DNA of 58,242 nucleotides, the filler included, from Platydemus manokwari (Eukaryota): NCBI GenBank assembly GCA_037951405.1. It is 5 parts of 5 records of this genome, joined end to end, with 100 filler letters (N's around TTAATTAATTAA, not from the genome) between each part and the next. Parts side by side here need not be neighbours in the genome. Positions count along the whole stretch, not along the records: positions 38,607 to 58,242 come from JBBMOY011744730.1; 4 more parts are not named here. The stretch is one strand, 5' to 3'. This document shows, piece by piece, positions 39,782 to 52,300 of this stretch. A program made the position numbers and the translations under genes. How positions within the stretch are numbered: the stretch's first letter is position 1; every line of letters begins with the position of its first letter. A model generated the notes under the pieces. That model did no database searches, was not told where the DNA came from, and saw nothing but the letters and a program-made list of their open reading frames with translations.

Positions 39782-41374
39782 ATATCTTCAATTAATCGAA
39801 TTCTTCGAAGTCTCGCAAATGAGTCGCCTTCAAACAATCCCAATTTCAAACCGTCTTTAAGCAATTCACATCAATTATCTCTTGCCAATCAAAACAGTGG
39901 ATCTAATTCTTGCCTACCCCCATATGATTCATTCAATACAACATCCAACAACAATTTTAATTTATTACATACACCATCAAGTTTCATAAACAACTGGACC
40001 CCGACAAGTGCCCCACCAGTATTTCCCAATTGGTATTCACAATCAGGAATTTCTTCGCTATGTCATTCGACATTGTTTGGATATAATACACCCAATTATT
40101 ATCCAACTCACTTTCCAGATTATTCGTCATCCCAGATATCGTTTGAAGAATCCAAATCCCGATTAATTTCATCTTCCAATCACGAGTCTTTGCGAGATTC
40201 GACAATGAAATCGTTGCTTCAATCCGAAGCCGGAATTGGAAATGGTTTAAAAATGAACAGTGATAAAGCTTCAGGTAATTAAATAGTATTGAATAATTAA
40301 CTTCTTGATGTCGATGTTTGTCAAACACACACACACGCACACACATGTATATATACTGTATTTTACAGCATTTTCGTAAATAATATATCAATTAACAAAA
40401 CATCGATATAAATTCCAATATTTATTGATTTTTTACTTATTCTAATTTTATTACAATCAAGATTTCAATTCTGATCGAGAATCGGAAAACGAACGAAGAT
40501 TTTCTAATTCGGAATCAAAAATTAGTAAGAAATCTCAAAGAAGCCGAACTTCCTTTACGAATGATCAAATTAATTTGCTCGAGAAGGGTAAATTAAGCAG
40601 ACGAATTTCTTTATTAATAAAAATGATGATTAATTTAGAATTTGAACGAACTCATTATCCCGATGTTTTCTCTCGAGAAAAATTATCTCAAAATTTAAAA
40701 GTGGCTGAAACTAGAGTTCAAGTTTGGTTTTCAAATCGAAGAGCAAAATGGCGAAGAGAAGAGAAAAATGAAGAGAGCAATATGTCCAATGTTATAATGC
40801 GAAATGATATGACAAATATGGAGCAAATTTCGGGTGTTTCAGCCACTTCGAACGATTCGATTTTGAATAATAATACGAATTTCTTTTCCGATTGTTTCCG
40901 TGGTAACTTCCCTTCTATGACTGACGATATCCGCAGTAGCTGGAATACATTTGGTCCATCGTTATTTCAGCCACCTATTGGATGGTATAATAGCGAATCA
41001 TTTAGTAAACTGGTAGAATTTTATTATTAAAAATAATCTTAATAACATGAAATGTCCTTCAGAACCATGAACAAGATTCTTATAAACTCAGCTTATTTCC
41101 TTGCTGTAAACCATTTTCAAGACCACCAAACCCATTTTATATTCCTCCCGATCCCAATTTATCTCACAAAATCGAAGACAAGCCAAATAAACAAGACAAC
41201 TCTCCTAGCGAATTTAATCAGTCCTATACTAACTTTTTTTATCAAAATCTCGATCAAAATAAATCCCAATCGACTATTAATCAAGATTTTCAAAGGAAAT
41301 CTACTCCAGTCGATGATTCAAATTCGACCTTCCAATCGCCAAGTAATATGATTGATAACATTTTTTGTATATAA
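39782..41374 (+). CDS. pax6B: Pax6-class paired/homeodomain transcription factor, 3' part (pax6B type); exons 39782-40274, 40462-40587, 40639-41012, 41063-41374
   Basis: First exon starts ISSINRILR (end of the paired domain, at the conserved Pax6 intron position). Homeodomain [18 protein letters not shown]^[43 protein letters not shown] has S50 and the conserved intron after LEK. The B-paralog call is from recall of the divergent planarian sequence. The main paired-box exons were not found. Confidence 0.88.
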
Positions 41375-44300
41375 GATATTTTTCTTAATATACACCCATT
41401 TGGTATGCTTTTACAATCACAATATTGATAATTGTAAATAAATAATTTAATTAATTTGAGATAATACAATTAACTTTGAAAGAAATCTAAGATGTCATTA
41501 TCGTTATAACGACTATCATAATTTCCGAAATTACAAATTTTATCACATAAAAATTGAAGTTTTAAGTAGAGTATAAAAAAATAATTAACTGACATGCACT
41601 ACTGTAAATAGTGAGTAAATTAATTATAAATAAATCATTTAAAAAAAAGCAAAATATTAATTTTATTAAAACAGTGAGCAGAATTTTTGTAACGTTTTTT
41701 ATAAGAATCTAATTATTTTAAATATTAATACTAGGATTTATAATTAAGATATTCAATTCAATTATAATTGATTATAATGATTAATATTTATTTCATTTCA
41801 GAATGGTGGTCTAGTAACACAATGAATGATCATTACGAACAAGTTTATCCAGCATGAACATATTTGACAATTTTTTGAACTTAAATTTGAAATCAATGCA
41901 TTTTTACAATCACAGAGATATAAATAAATTAGTTCATACTCGATATAGTAACTTTTATGATTTCATTTCATCTGAGAACATCTGAAATAACAGAATATGT
42001 AGGCATGAATGCATTCAGTGTGAATTGCTTGATGGGATTTCAGATATTGAAATATTATACAATCTATTAATATTCCTTAAGCATTGAAAACATAATAAAA
42101 TGTTTAATTTACTTAATATGATAAAATATTTTTAATTCAATTTATCATTAAAGAAATAGAGAAAAATGAGAAATTTCTAAAATAATGATAAAATAAAATT
42201 TCAATTGCGGCCCCACCTTAGCTAGACTTTGGGTGAACTTGTTTCTTTCAAGAATATTTCTACTCTCTGTCGTGTTGTCGTTATCAGTTCCGTTTGTATA
42301 TTTTGTTTTGTCCAAATTGTCAAAGAATTTCTTTTGGATATCGTCGATTAAATTACTTTCTATAATTTAAATACAGGCTTTAAAGTCATTCGCTGCTATC
42401 GTTTTAAAGAATTCAATGTGAAAAGACAATAAAAGTCTCATTTCTAATGTGCAAGAGGAACTACATGTGCTAAAATTTAGATTTTATATCAACTTCATAT
42501 TGAAACTTTAATTCTGCTTTTTAAGATTTTGTAAATTTTAAATTGTTAGTCTAATTTAATTCATTGTTATCATTATTTCTTATTTCCTTCATTTTGCTAT
42601 AATAATTTTGAATAAAAAGTCAAATTACTTAAATATTATATTGAATTTCCAGATTAAAATATAATTAATAAATACAAGTTCGGATTTTTACAATTTTCTC
42701 GGTGACATATTAGTGAAAACGAACGAGTGATGAGCAAAATATTTAATTCGCTAATAGATCATGTGATTCCTTAATAATGAATTATATTCAATAAGGCTTA
42801 TATTAAACGACCATTGATTTTGACCGACTTTTGATGTAAGTAAAAACTTCTTTATATCATTCCAAAATTTTTTCTAAACAGTATTATTTATTTAAATAGG
42901 TAAGATATATTCTAATATATTATAATTTTTTAGGAAGAAGATCTTTGATAAATAGTTAAAAAGCATAAGTAAAATAATCACATCCTATAAAACACAATTT
43001 CAACAACAATTAATCCAACAATCAGCTCTTCTATCATTTTAGAACCTTACAATCACAAACATACACATCATGTTGACATAACATATATTAGAATAGTTAC
43101 TAAGTCTGCATGCTCGAAATTTTAACTGTAAAATAATGTTTCGTACAAATTCAATAAGTTTACCAAGGTATATCACACAATAATCTTAAATCAAAGTGAC
43201 TTAAAAACACAAAAATTCCAAAAGATACATGCCAAATACAATGAGTCCAAGATCCGAAAGATAAAAACAACTACTGAAATTACCGACCTTCAAAGCTTGG
43301 CATTTATCATAGAAATTCGACTCCTTTTATAAACTCGTCGTATGTGTTGACATTTTTATTCGAATCTTCTGAAGACAAGCCTATTAACTGTTTTCCTTTT
43401 ATCCCTCTTGCCCTTGATGTATCACCAAATCCATTGCCTCTTGTTGATTTGCACCAATAGACGAATGAAGTCCAAACAGATATCGAAAATTTGAAGGAAT
43501 ATAGATTGCTACCGAAACAGTTTTTCCTGCATGTGTGTATTAACTATTTAAAGGTTATTCCAATAGTTTTGATAATCATTCTTGACCGATTTATCAGATA
43601 CTCCACACTTATCTATTTGACATCATATGAGTTACATGCACAGTTATCAAAACCAGAAACTACAGTATGATCCAATAAGTTACATGTTAAATAGCCTGAT
43701 CTAATAAAGAATACCTGAGTACTTTATAACTTGATATTCAGATTTATTATTGTTTTATTTTTATATCCTTTAAATATTAATATTCGAATATTTTATCGAA
43801 TAGAGTTATTTTATTTATATATTTAAGCCTATTAAGCGCTGCTATATCTTATCATCCGATTCTTCATTTAATTCAAGTTATCCACTAAGTTAAATACAAT
43901 TATTTATAATAACACAACAATGATTAATCCTTCAAAAAATATACATAAAAATTATACGCATATAATATATCTGAACTACATCGTTGGGTATCAAAATACT
44001 CCAATAAATAATAATAAAAGGATACAATTTTATAGAAAATCCATGTATTAGCACCTTCCTAAAAATAGAAAACATGTAAATATAATTTAATAATTACAAA
44101 CATAGTACCAAAGATGAGTAGGAGCCTATAAATAGAACAAATAAAATACAATAATAATAATAAAAAGATGATTAGTTAGAAAAGAAGAAAAAGAATAGTA
44201 TAAAAAAGAATTTATAACTCAAGAATACGCCAATAGTTATTGTAATAAAAAAGCTCATTACTCTCCAAAAATATCATTATTGGAAAATTTTATAGTGGAA

Positions 44301-44404
44301 ATTCAACGTTATTGATTAATTTTATGAAGCAAGTGATGGAATCCTACTAGCCTGTGCTAAGTAGTATTTGGTGACTGCTTCTGAGAGATAATTCAACTAG
44401 TATA

Positions 44405-44774
44405 AACTCGATGAATTACCTGTGTACCATTTAAATGATTGTTATAACCGGTATAATGATGATTCCACCAATAATCCGACTTTAAACAGTAATTAGGTTA
44501 TGTGCAATTCGGATAGTATAATAGTAATATAACTGAATAACGAAATAATAAGATGAATACGTTTATTATAATAAAAATTAACAAAAGCTAAAGATAAACA
44601 AAAAGAAGTGTTATGTCCTTGTGAAACAAACCGAAGTAAGGAACTACGTGCCACCTTACTTCGACTAAAAACTAAAGAAGATACGATTTTAGTTGCTTTA
44701 ATTTTAGTGGCTACAAATCCTTGCGGCTCTGCAGAATAACGACACTGTTATACAAATGCTTTCGCTTTTGTACC
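44405..44774 (-). mobile_element. LTR-like repeat copy 1 with conserved hairpins
   Basis: Collinear with 45137-45530 (aactcgatgaatta, atgatgatt.caccaataatccgactt, tacgtttattataataaaaattaa, aaactaaagaagat, caaatccttgcgg). Minus strand has TATAAAG near 44830 and AATAAA near 44562-44567. Confidence 0.6.
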
Positions 44775-45136
44775 AAGGATTGATAGTTAGTTTAGATGTG
44801 GTACCAAGCTCAAATCCCTGCTGCTTTATATTCTGGTACTGATGAAAATAATCAAATTTACTGCGTGCATCATTATTCGTTTGTAGTTAGAGGAAGTTCC
44901 TTCTGTATCGCTGAGTATTTCTGCTTCCTAAACACAGTCGAGAAACGTTGATTTTGATACTATTCGCAGTAACGGATGCTTTGGCTTGATTGGCAATAGT
45001 AATTTGCTGAATGATCATAGTTCCACTAAGCCGGTTGATGAAGGAAGATAAATTCCGCTACGCAATGTAATACATGAATGTAACTTCCTTTGAGCACTTC
45101 GATGAAATAGAGCGATAAATAATGTCCAACTTGCAG

Positions 45137-45530
45137 AACTCGATGAATTATCTGTGCACTATTAAGTGATGATTAGAACCGGAGTAATGATGATTGCACC
45201 AATAATCCGACTTAAATCAGTAAATAGGTTGCGTGTAATTATTCAGGTACTGTTTAATATAATAATGATATGAATGATAACAAAATCTTAATACAATACG
45301 TTTATTATAATAAAAATTAATTAATGTGTCATGCAACTATTTGACAGAGAGCAGTGTGGTGTCCTGAAAAGTTTAAAACAAACCGACGTAAGGAACTAAG
45401 TGCCGCCTTACTTCGGACGATAAACTAAAGAAGATGTGATTTTAGCTTATTAATTAAAGGTGACGTCTGCAAATCCTTGCGGGGTTACAGTGTACTGATA
45501 GCTCGGTACAAATGTTTTCGCCTTTGTACC
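45137..45530 (-). mobile_element. LTR-like repeat copy 2 with conserved hairpins
   Basis: Same blocks as copy 1; followed by a 59-bp tandem array and a minus-strand TATAAAA near 45951-45957. Confidence 0.6.
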
Positions 45531-45667
45531 GCTATATGATTTTATGAATGAGTATCAGTACAAACTCTTTCGACGATTGCATTTGATGATTGAATAACGA
45601 GTTTATCCGATGATGCGAGTGATCAAATTTATTGAGGATTTGAATATGTCCGACACACCTGTAGAAC

Positions 45668-45800
45668 GAGACGTTGAATCTCAATAACGAATTTACTTGA
45701 GGATTTGAACGATTGATTCGAAGCACGATACGTTGAATCTCAATAACAAATTTAATTGAGGATGTGAACGATTGATTCGAAGCACGAGACGTGGAATCTG
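45668..45800. repeat. 59-bp tandem repeat, about 2.3 copies plus degenerate flanking units
   Basis: ga(g/t)acgttgaatctcaataac(g/a)aattta(c/a)ttgaggat(t/g)tgaacgattgattcgaagcac at 45668 and 45727, partial at 45786. Confidence 0.9.
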
Positions 45801-47105
45801 ATGAACAATTTTTTCGCTGGCTCCGATGAACAATTTTTTCGTTGAATGTGATGAATAACATTTCGTTGAATCTGATAAATAATTCTCGTAGCGAATCACA
45901 ATTTTGGCGAATCAATGATGAACACATTTTTGTGGCCACATCGCTCACTATTTTATAGCAATTTTCCCTGTGGACGTACATGGGAGTTCATTATTAATTT
46001 CTGGGATTTTTTAATGATTTTATAATTTATTTTGCTGTTGCCATGGTGATATATTAAATCACAGTGGTGATGTGTATTTTAAATATTATTACTATTATTA
46101 TTACCATGGTGATGTATCATGAATTTTATTATTATTTTTATTATTATTATTTTTTCGATGGTGTGGCAGTACGTGGGCAATTACATTTTATATTTATTAA
46201 TTTTGTCTTTAGTAAATTATTTTATTTTATATTTTGTTTATATTTTGGTTCCCAACAATATTATCATTGTATTATTGTTATTATAGTATTGTTATCATTG
46301 TATTGTAATCCCAATACAAGCAAAATACCCCCACGAATTAGTGCAATTCACTGAGAGGAAATTTAGTTGCCAATCAATCTCAGGACTTTATTTAAGTCCT
46401 TCATAAACTAATTATAGGCGAAAATGTAAAAACTATTCTTGTGTAAAATTCTGTTTTAACAGTTAAATTAATTTTCTTTTTTTTAAAATTTTCATGCATT
46501 TATTAAAGTTAAATATTTTTATTATTGTAATTAAAATTATTATGTTTAAAATTACTTTAAAAATGAGTTTGAGCTTGATTTTCAGTATTGTTAAACCAAA
46601 GGGTCATCACACAATTTACCATATATCTTATTACTGTTAACATAAACCCATTACAGTACTATTTCGACAACTACCGATTGATGACAACTTCACTAACTTT
46701 TAGTAAAATCGTTAAATATTGTTAAATAAAAAATGAAATATTTGATTTTAATTGAGTTCAATTGTCTCTAAATTACTTTTAAAATGGCTATATAAATTTA
46801 CTTATGTAATTTTTCTGGTTGTCATTGCAATTTGATCATATAAGGATTATTTACTTAGTATTAAAAACTCATTCGAAAGTTTAATTCAATATTCTTACAA
46901 AACTTTGAAGGTTAAATATCAGAATTCTTGTTTATATATTATTTAACTGGTTTAAGTTTTTGCCAAAATACAAATCTTTTCAATTTTAATTATTATGAAA
47001 CGATATTAATTTTAAATATCTCCTATTAACATAACTTAATTTTTCATTTTATAAATTACAAACAGTTTGAAATTATCATTCAATAGTAATTTTTATTAAT
47101 ACTAG

Positions 47106-48880
47106 ATGCGTGTCAAACTGGTTGAAATTCTTAAATTCATTGTGTGTGTAGCGATTGGGTTTACATTGAGAATTATGTTCGAAAATTCCCACTCGTCACA
47201 ATCGTCAAATAAAAATTGTGATTTATCCAAAGATACCGATTCAGATCTTTTGTTGAATAATATTCATGAACAATTACGTCAACCTTATCAACCGAAATCT
47301 ATTATGGATGTCATTGAATATCGTTATTTTAATTTGTCGAAGATTTATGATACACATTTGGGTCAGATAGAAACAAAAATGAAATCCTATCATCAATCTG
47401 ATATTCGAGATATTATCAATCAAGTGATTCCACAAATCAATCATGGACAAATTAATAAGTAATATCAGCTTTCTTGAATGAAAAATAATAGTTTAAATAT
47501 ATTTTTTATTAATATTAATTTTATATAATAATATGTAAATCTTCTCATTTAAAATATCAATTCAATAGAGGTCCATTTAATTTCAATAATTTAATAATTA
47601 CTTAACCAAATAAATTAATAATTTTAATAATTAGCGAAATAATTATTTTGTTATTATGTTCCATTGAAATCAATTACAAATGTGATGACTGGAAGATTTG
47701 CTTTTTCGATCGCCATGATTTATTGAAACAAAAATTTGAATAAAATTAAGCAAAAAAACTCGATTTGTTTGGATTGAATCTTCGAACAGTTGTGGGGGAT
47801 TTGGTATTTGGGAAATAAGTCGAATTGTATAGGTTTTATTTGAAATATTCAACAGTTGGTTGCATTTGTGCTTGATAATCAAATAAAAGCAGTCACTTGG
47901 GGCATTTTCTTTATCCCTTGGGATTGCATCAAAAACCATGTATTTAAGTGACATTGCACTGGGAAAAATTGCATGATATATCAAATGACAAATGAGTAAA
48001 TTGATTATTAATTATTGACAGTAATAAAATATAAAAGGCTAAATTTTATGAGTTGTCATCCGCAATCATCCATTTACATGGAATATCAAGATCACATGAA
48101 TTCACTTGATGATAATAACATCTATTAATACATAAAGCAGCTGAATATTCAAGAGAAAATTTTTCCCTAAAGAAATTCTTTTGGTTTCATGGATTAATAT
48201 GACCACCCCGATATCTCAGGAAAATACAAAGGTAATTCAAAATAGAAAATATTTATAAATATTTCTCATAATTGGGTAAGTACCATTTTCGAATTTTGTT
48301 GGTCTTAAAACTTTATTATAATTATTATGGTCGTCGAAATAATAAAATATAAAATTAAAACTGTGACTTGTATTAACATTACCAAACATAAGGACGTGCA
48401 AAATATCCCCAAATGCTGATGTCTTTAACAATCCAAATTAGTGTTTGTTGTGGTATATGAATTTCATTTCATTCAATATTTTATCAATCAAAATTTTAAT
48501 TTGTGATGTTGCATTTTTTCTGATATTTGTTTTGTGGATTCTTGGATTGGCAATTCGTGATTGTACAAGAGATCAATCTGTATAATAAATTACGGCATAT
48601 TGTGTGTATTCTGATTGACCCTTGAAGCATATGTTTGTTTAGCTTGCTTGCTTGCTTGTATGATAATAAAGTTGATAAAGAATGTTTATTTTAGTCAATT
48701 ATTTCTTTCGAACAATCAATATTGACCGATGGAGCAGAAACTTTTCAAATAATCAATTACTTATCGAATCATGGATATCAACCAGTATTCCCCACAGACG
48801 ATCCGATAGCTGGGATATTCAGTAGCTTTAGAAATAACACTATTCGAATTCCTTTGCATTTAGATAAAAATACTTGGTTG
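47106..48880 (+). pseudogene. Type II membrane protein gene, probably incomplete (possible FkbM/Star-like methyltransferase); coding pieces 47106-47458 and 48695-48880
   Basis: Exon 1 has an N-terminal TM segment (ILKFIVCVAIGFTLRIMF) plus stem and ends at a phase-2 gtaata donor. The downstream piece SIISFEQ...IINYLSNHGYQPVF...TWL is phase 0, so exons are missing; no SAM-binding D-x-G-A-N-x-G exon was found. Family call is pattern-based only. Confidence 0.45.
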
Positions 48881-49386
48881 GTTATGCTTTCTAATAATAA
48901 TATTTCGAAATTCATTCGAATTTAACCGATGTTTAAAAAATAAATAATATAAATTACAAGTGCTATGTAGTTCATCAATACATGATTTAAAAAGAAATTC
49001 GAAAACACTCAAAATTATATCTAAACTTTTCATTTTAAATTCTTTTCCTATACACACACATGTATAAATATTTGATTCGTAGATCATCAAGAACAGTAGT
49101 TAATATAATTTATAGTATTGTCTTTTTATGTATCATTTATACATTAAGCACACAATTACACTGGTCAAAAAAATTTGAAAAAAAATTTTCCTCCTAATAA
49201 AAGTGGGTCATTTTTACCTATATTTTGCATTTAGCTCGTATATGGTTTTGAATATTTCCTATTATTGGGATTCGCAAATGAGATTTGCAGTTTCAATTAT
49301 TTGAAAATACCACAAAGATTATACTTCTGATTGATATTTTTGTATGAAAAACGTCTCTGAAATAAACTCTAAATCCAAAACGATCG

Positions 49387-52300
49387 GTGATTTATTCAAA
49401 CCTGCCAAGCCAATACCTCAATAATGAAGACGTTCCAGTTCAACCATTCACTTTAAATATCGTATTCCGTGACTGCAATGACCTTCATAAAGAATTAGAA
49501 CACCCTAATGTCGTTAATTATGATCCGAATTTCAACTCACTCTTTTCAAGAGTAATTCCAAAAACCTATTGGGAAACAAAAACGCTGAAAATTATGTGAA
49601 CTTAATGGATGATTTATTAAGGGCCTATAAAGCTATGGAATAAAATATGTTACTAAAAATACATTCACACATTCATTTATTTTGTCAACATACTTGATTT
49701 GAATGTAAAAAGCCAAGACATTTTAAGCACAGAGAAGCGCTACCGGGAAAAGTGGAGCCTAGAAATATTTACTGACTGTATTATTCTAAAATGAGAAGAT
49801 TCAGATGCAATGCATCGTAGCAAATTAATATTTCATCAATTTAATGTAAAATTTCTTACATTTCACGTATGCATGCAAGCACACACACACATAAAATCAG
49901 AACTGAACTTAGAATAAAAATGCAAATGAATAATCCACTTTCATTCAAGGTACAAAGTCTTTATTCATCAGTGATAGGGGAATAATCGTAATAAAAATAA
50001 ACTGTTATTCTCATGTTTAAAAATAGAGACTAAATAAAGGTTTTGCTAAATTTAAAGTGGTTTATGTAAATAATTATCGTAAATAATAATTTTATCGTGC
50101 ATAGAATAAAGTGGTGACCTCTTCATGACTGTAATATCGTATATTTAAACTTTTCAAATGAGACTTTTTAATGCAGTAAAACAGAGAGAATGTTTTTGTG
50201 TTTCTTTTGCAAATCTTGAAATATATTTTCGATAACTAATTTGTGTTATTCAAAAATATTTATAATCCATAGGAGAACTGTTCAAGCCATACAATTAGAT
50301 AGCCTCAATATTTCAAGTTCTAATAGTAAGTTTTTTGAAGTATTGACATCTATTTCACTTACTATTCTCCAAGTTCAATACCGATCGCTCTCAGTTGATG
50401 AAATCATTCCAAAAAAATCGAATTGTGAAATTCACAAAACTTCTGAACTATTCGATATTAACATTAAAAAATTGCCTCTTATTATTGAGAATGAAATTCA
50501 ATACAAGATGCTTCAAAATGATGGAGAAATCACACCGCGTCTATGTGACAATCAAGTTTGTTCCAAAGAAGCGACATGCCAACATGTTGTATTGGGCCAG
50601 TGTTGCAAATGTAAAAATAATTGGATTGGTGATGGCATTACCTGTATACAGTCAAAATTTGGTGGTAAAACAATTTTTTTAATATCATAATTTTATTCTA
50701 TTTTCAAGGTGAATCACCACATAAAATTATTTACGAAGGCAATTTAACCATTGAGAATTACAATGATAAACTAGATCAGCAAATTTTTCAATTGATAAAC
50801 ACTGCTAATGGACGACAAGAAAGCGAAAGAGTGCTTGTCAAAGTTCAACCTTCAAAAAATATAAATTACATGCTTACTAGCTTTGCAATGCCAACCTTGT
50901 TTCTTTTTCCTATGTGGATCACTGCGACCCCGTACGACGGTGGGCGAAATCTTATACAACTATCCGGAGGATCAATCAAGGTATCAGCAATAAATATTGA
51001 ATGAATTATAGTGAGAACGTACATCGTGATACCGGAATACAGATTCATAATTAATCTTGACAACGTATTTTAAAAATTTAACATTCTAATTAGTTAAGAT
51101 TCATGAAAATTTGTTGATCATATACTACTGTGACGAAATATGACGGGAAATTTCAATTTAAAATTCACAGGTTTATCTAATCTAACAAATATTTTTTTTA
51201 GTTGTATATTACACCGGTTTCAAATTTAATGTCAACATCTTTATTAGTTAAAAAAATGCTAATGAGAAGCCTCATTATTGAAGATGATAATTGAATCTAT
51301 AAGGTAAGCAGCCGTTGGTTTGAACCTCATGATAATGCACATTTTCACTCTGTTTTCATTAGAAATTTAATTCATATCATTCCACAAACCATTGTATTTA
51401 GCATCTGATTTAGTACCACGTGACTGGTGGCTATTCAATAAACTTAAAACCCCTTTCAAGAACACTGTTTTGACTCGATTGATGAAATAAAAGCTGAATT
51501 GAAGAAGCTATTGAAGATAATTTGGGAAACAGACTTTGACAATTATCTCGAGAATTTGGAAAAACTTCGACCTAAGTGTTGTGTGGAAGGGTTTTATTTC
51601 GAACAGATAAAATTGATTTGGAAGAATAAAGAAAACATTTCATTTTTTTTGCAAAATATTTGGTCATATCTGATTACAGTAGTATATAAACTTGATTCGT
51701 GCGTGCTTACAAATATAATTTTATATATAAAAAAATATTAGAAAATTTCGAAAACCCAATAAGATTATTTTTCAAATAATACTCTGGTTATTTGTAATGA
51801 ATAAGAATTCTTTGATCAAACCCTAATTTCAGAGCTTGAAGTCATTATGCAGTCTCGATAAGATGACGTCTTTCTATATAGAAGGTCACGCAGGTCGTGT
51901 TAATCAAGACCGGAAAGGAGATTGGAAATTTGTTGTGAAGACCTTTGGAGCAGAAAATATAATTGACAAAGTAACCGATTTGGAAAGTGATTCACAAATG
52001 TACACGATACAATTCCGACGAAACGGTAGAAATAGTTAAATCTCCAATTGTTTTTCGTACAGATTGAACTTTGAATTTCCAGATGAGGCCTTTGTCGAAC
52101 ATGAGCTGGTATTACTAATGAATTCTAAACGACTGCCTTTCAAATGCCGAATGGAAATCAAATTGGATAGAGGATGTATTCAGGAACCAGATTTGGAAAA
52201 CAAACGAATGTTCTTGATCATACAAAGAATTTCATTGGATATGAATTCTCTAAGTGGAGCCTTTTATGTATCACGATCTTTGGTGACAAGTTGCTTTCTT

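Noticed and set aside
39984-41351. ORFs 39984-40391 (-) and 41052-41351 (+)
   Set aside because: Antisense or off-frame shadows of pax6B exons; splice phase supports a different frame.
45668-45800. CRISPR-like appearance of hairpin-containing repeats
   Set aside because: Contiguous tandem units without unique spacers, eukaryotic context, no cas genes.
45532-46354. ORFs 45532-45981, 45693-45899 and 46064-46354
   Set aside because: By-products of the 59-bp tandem repeat and (ATT)-rich low-complexity sequence.
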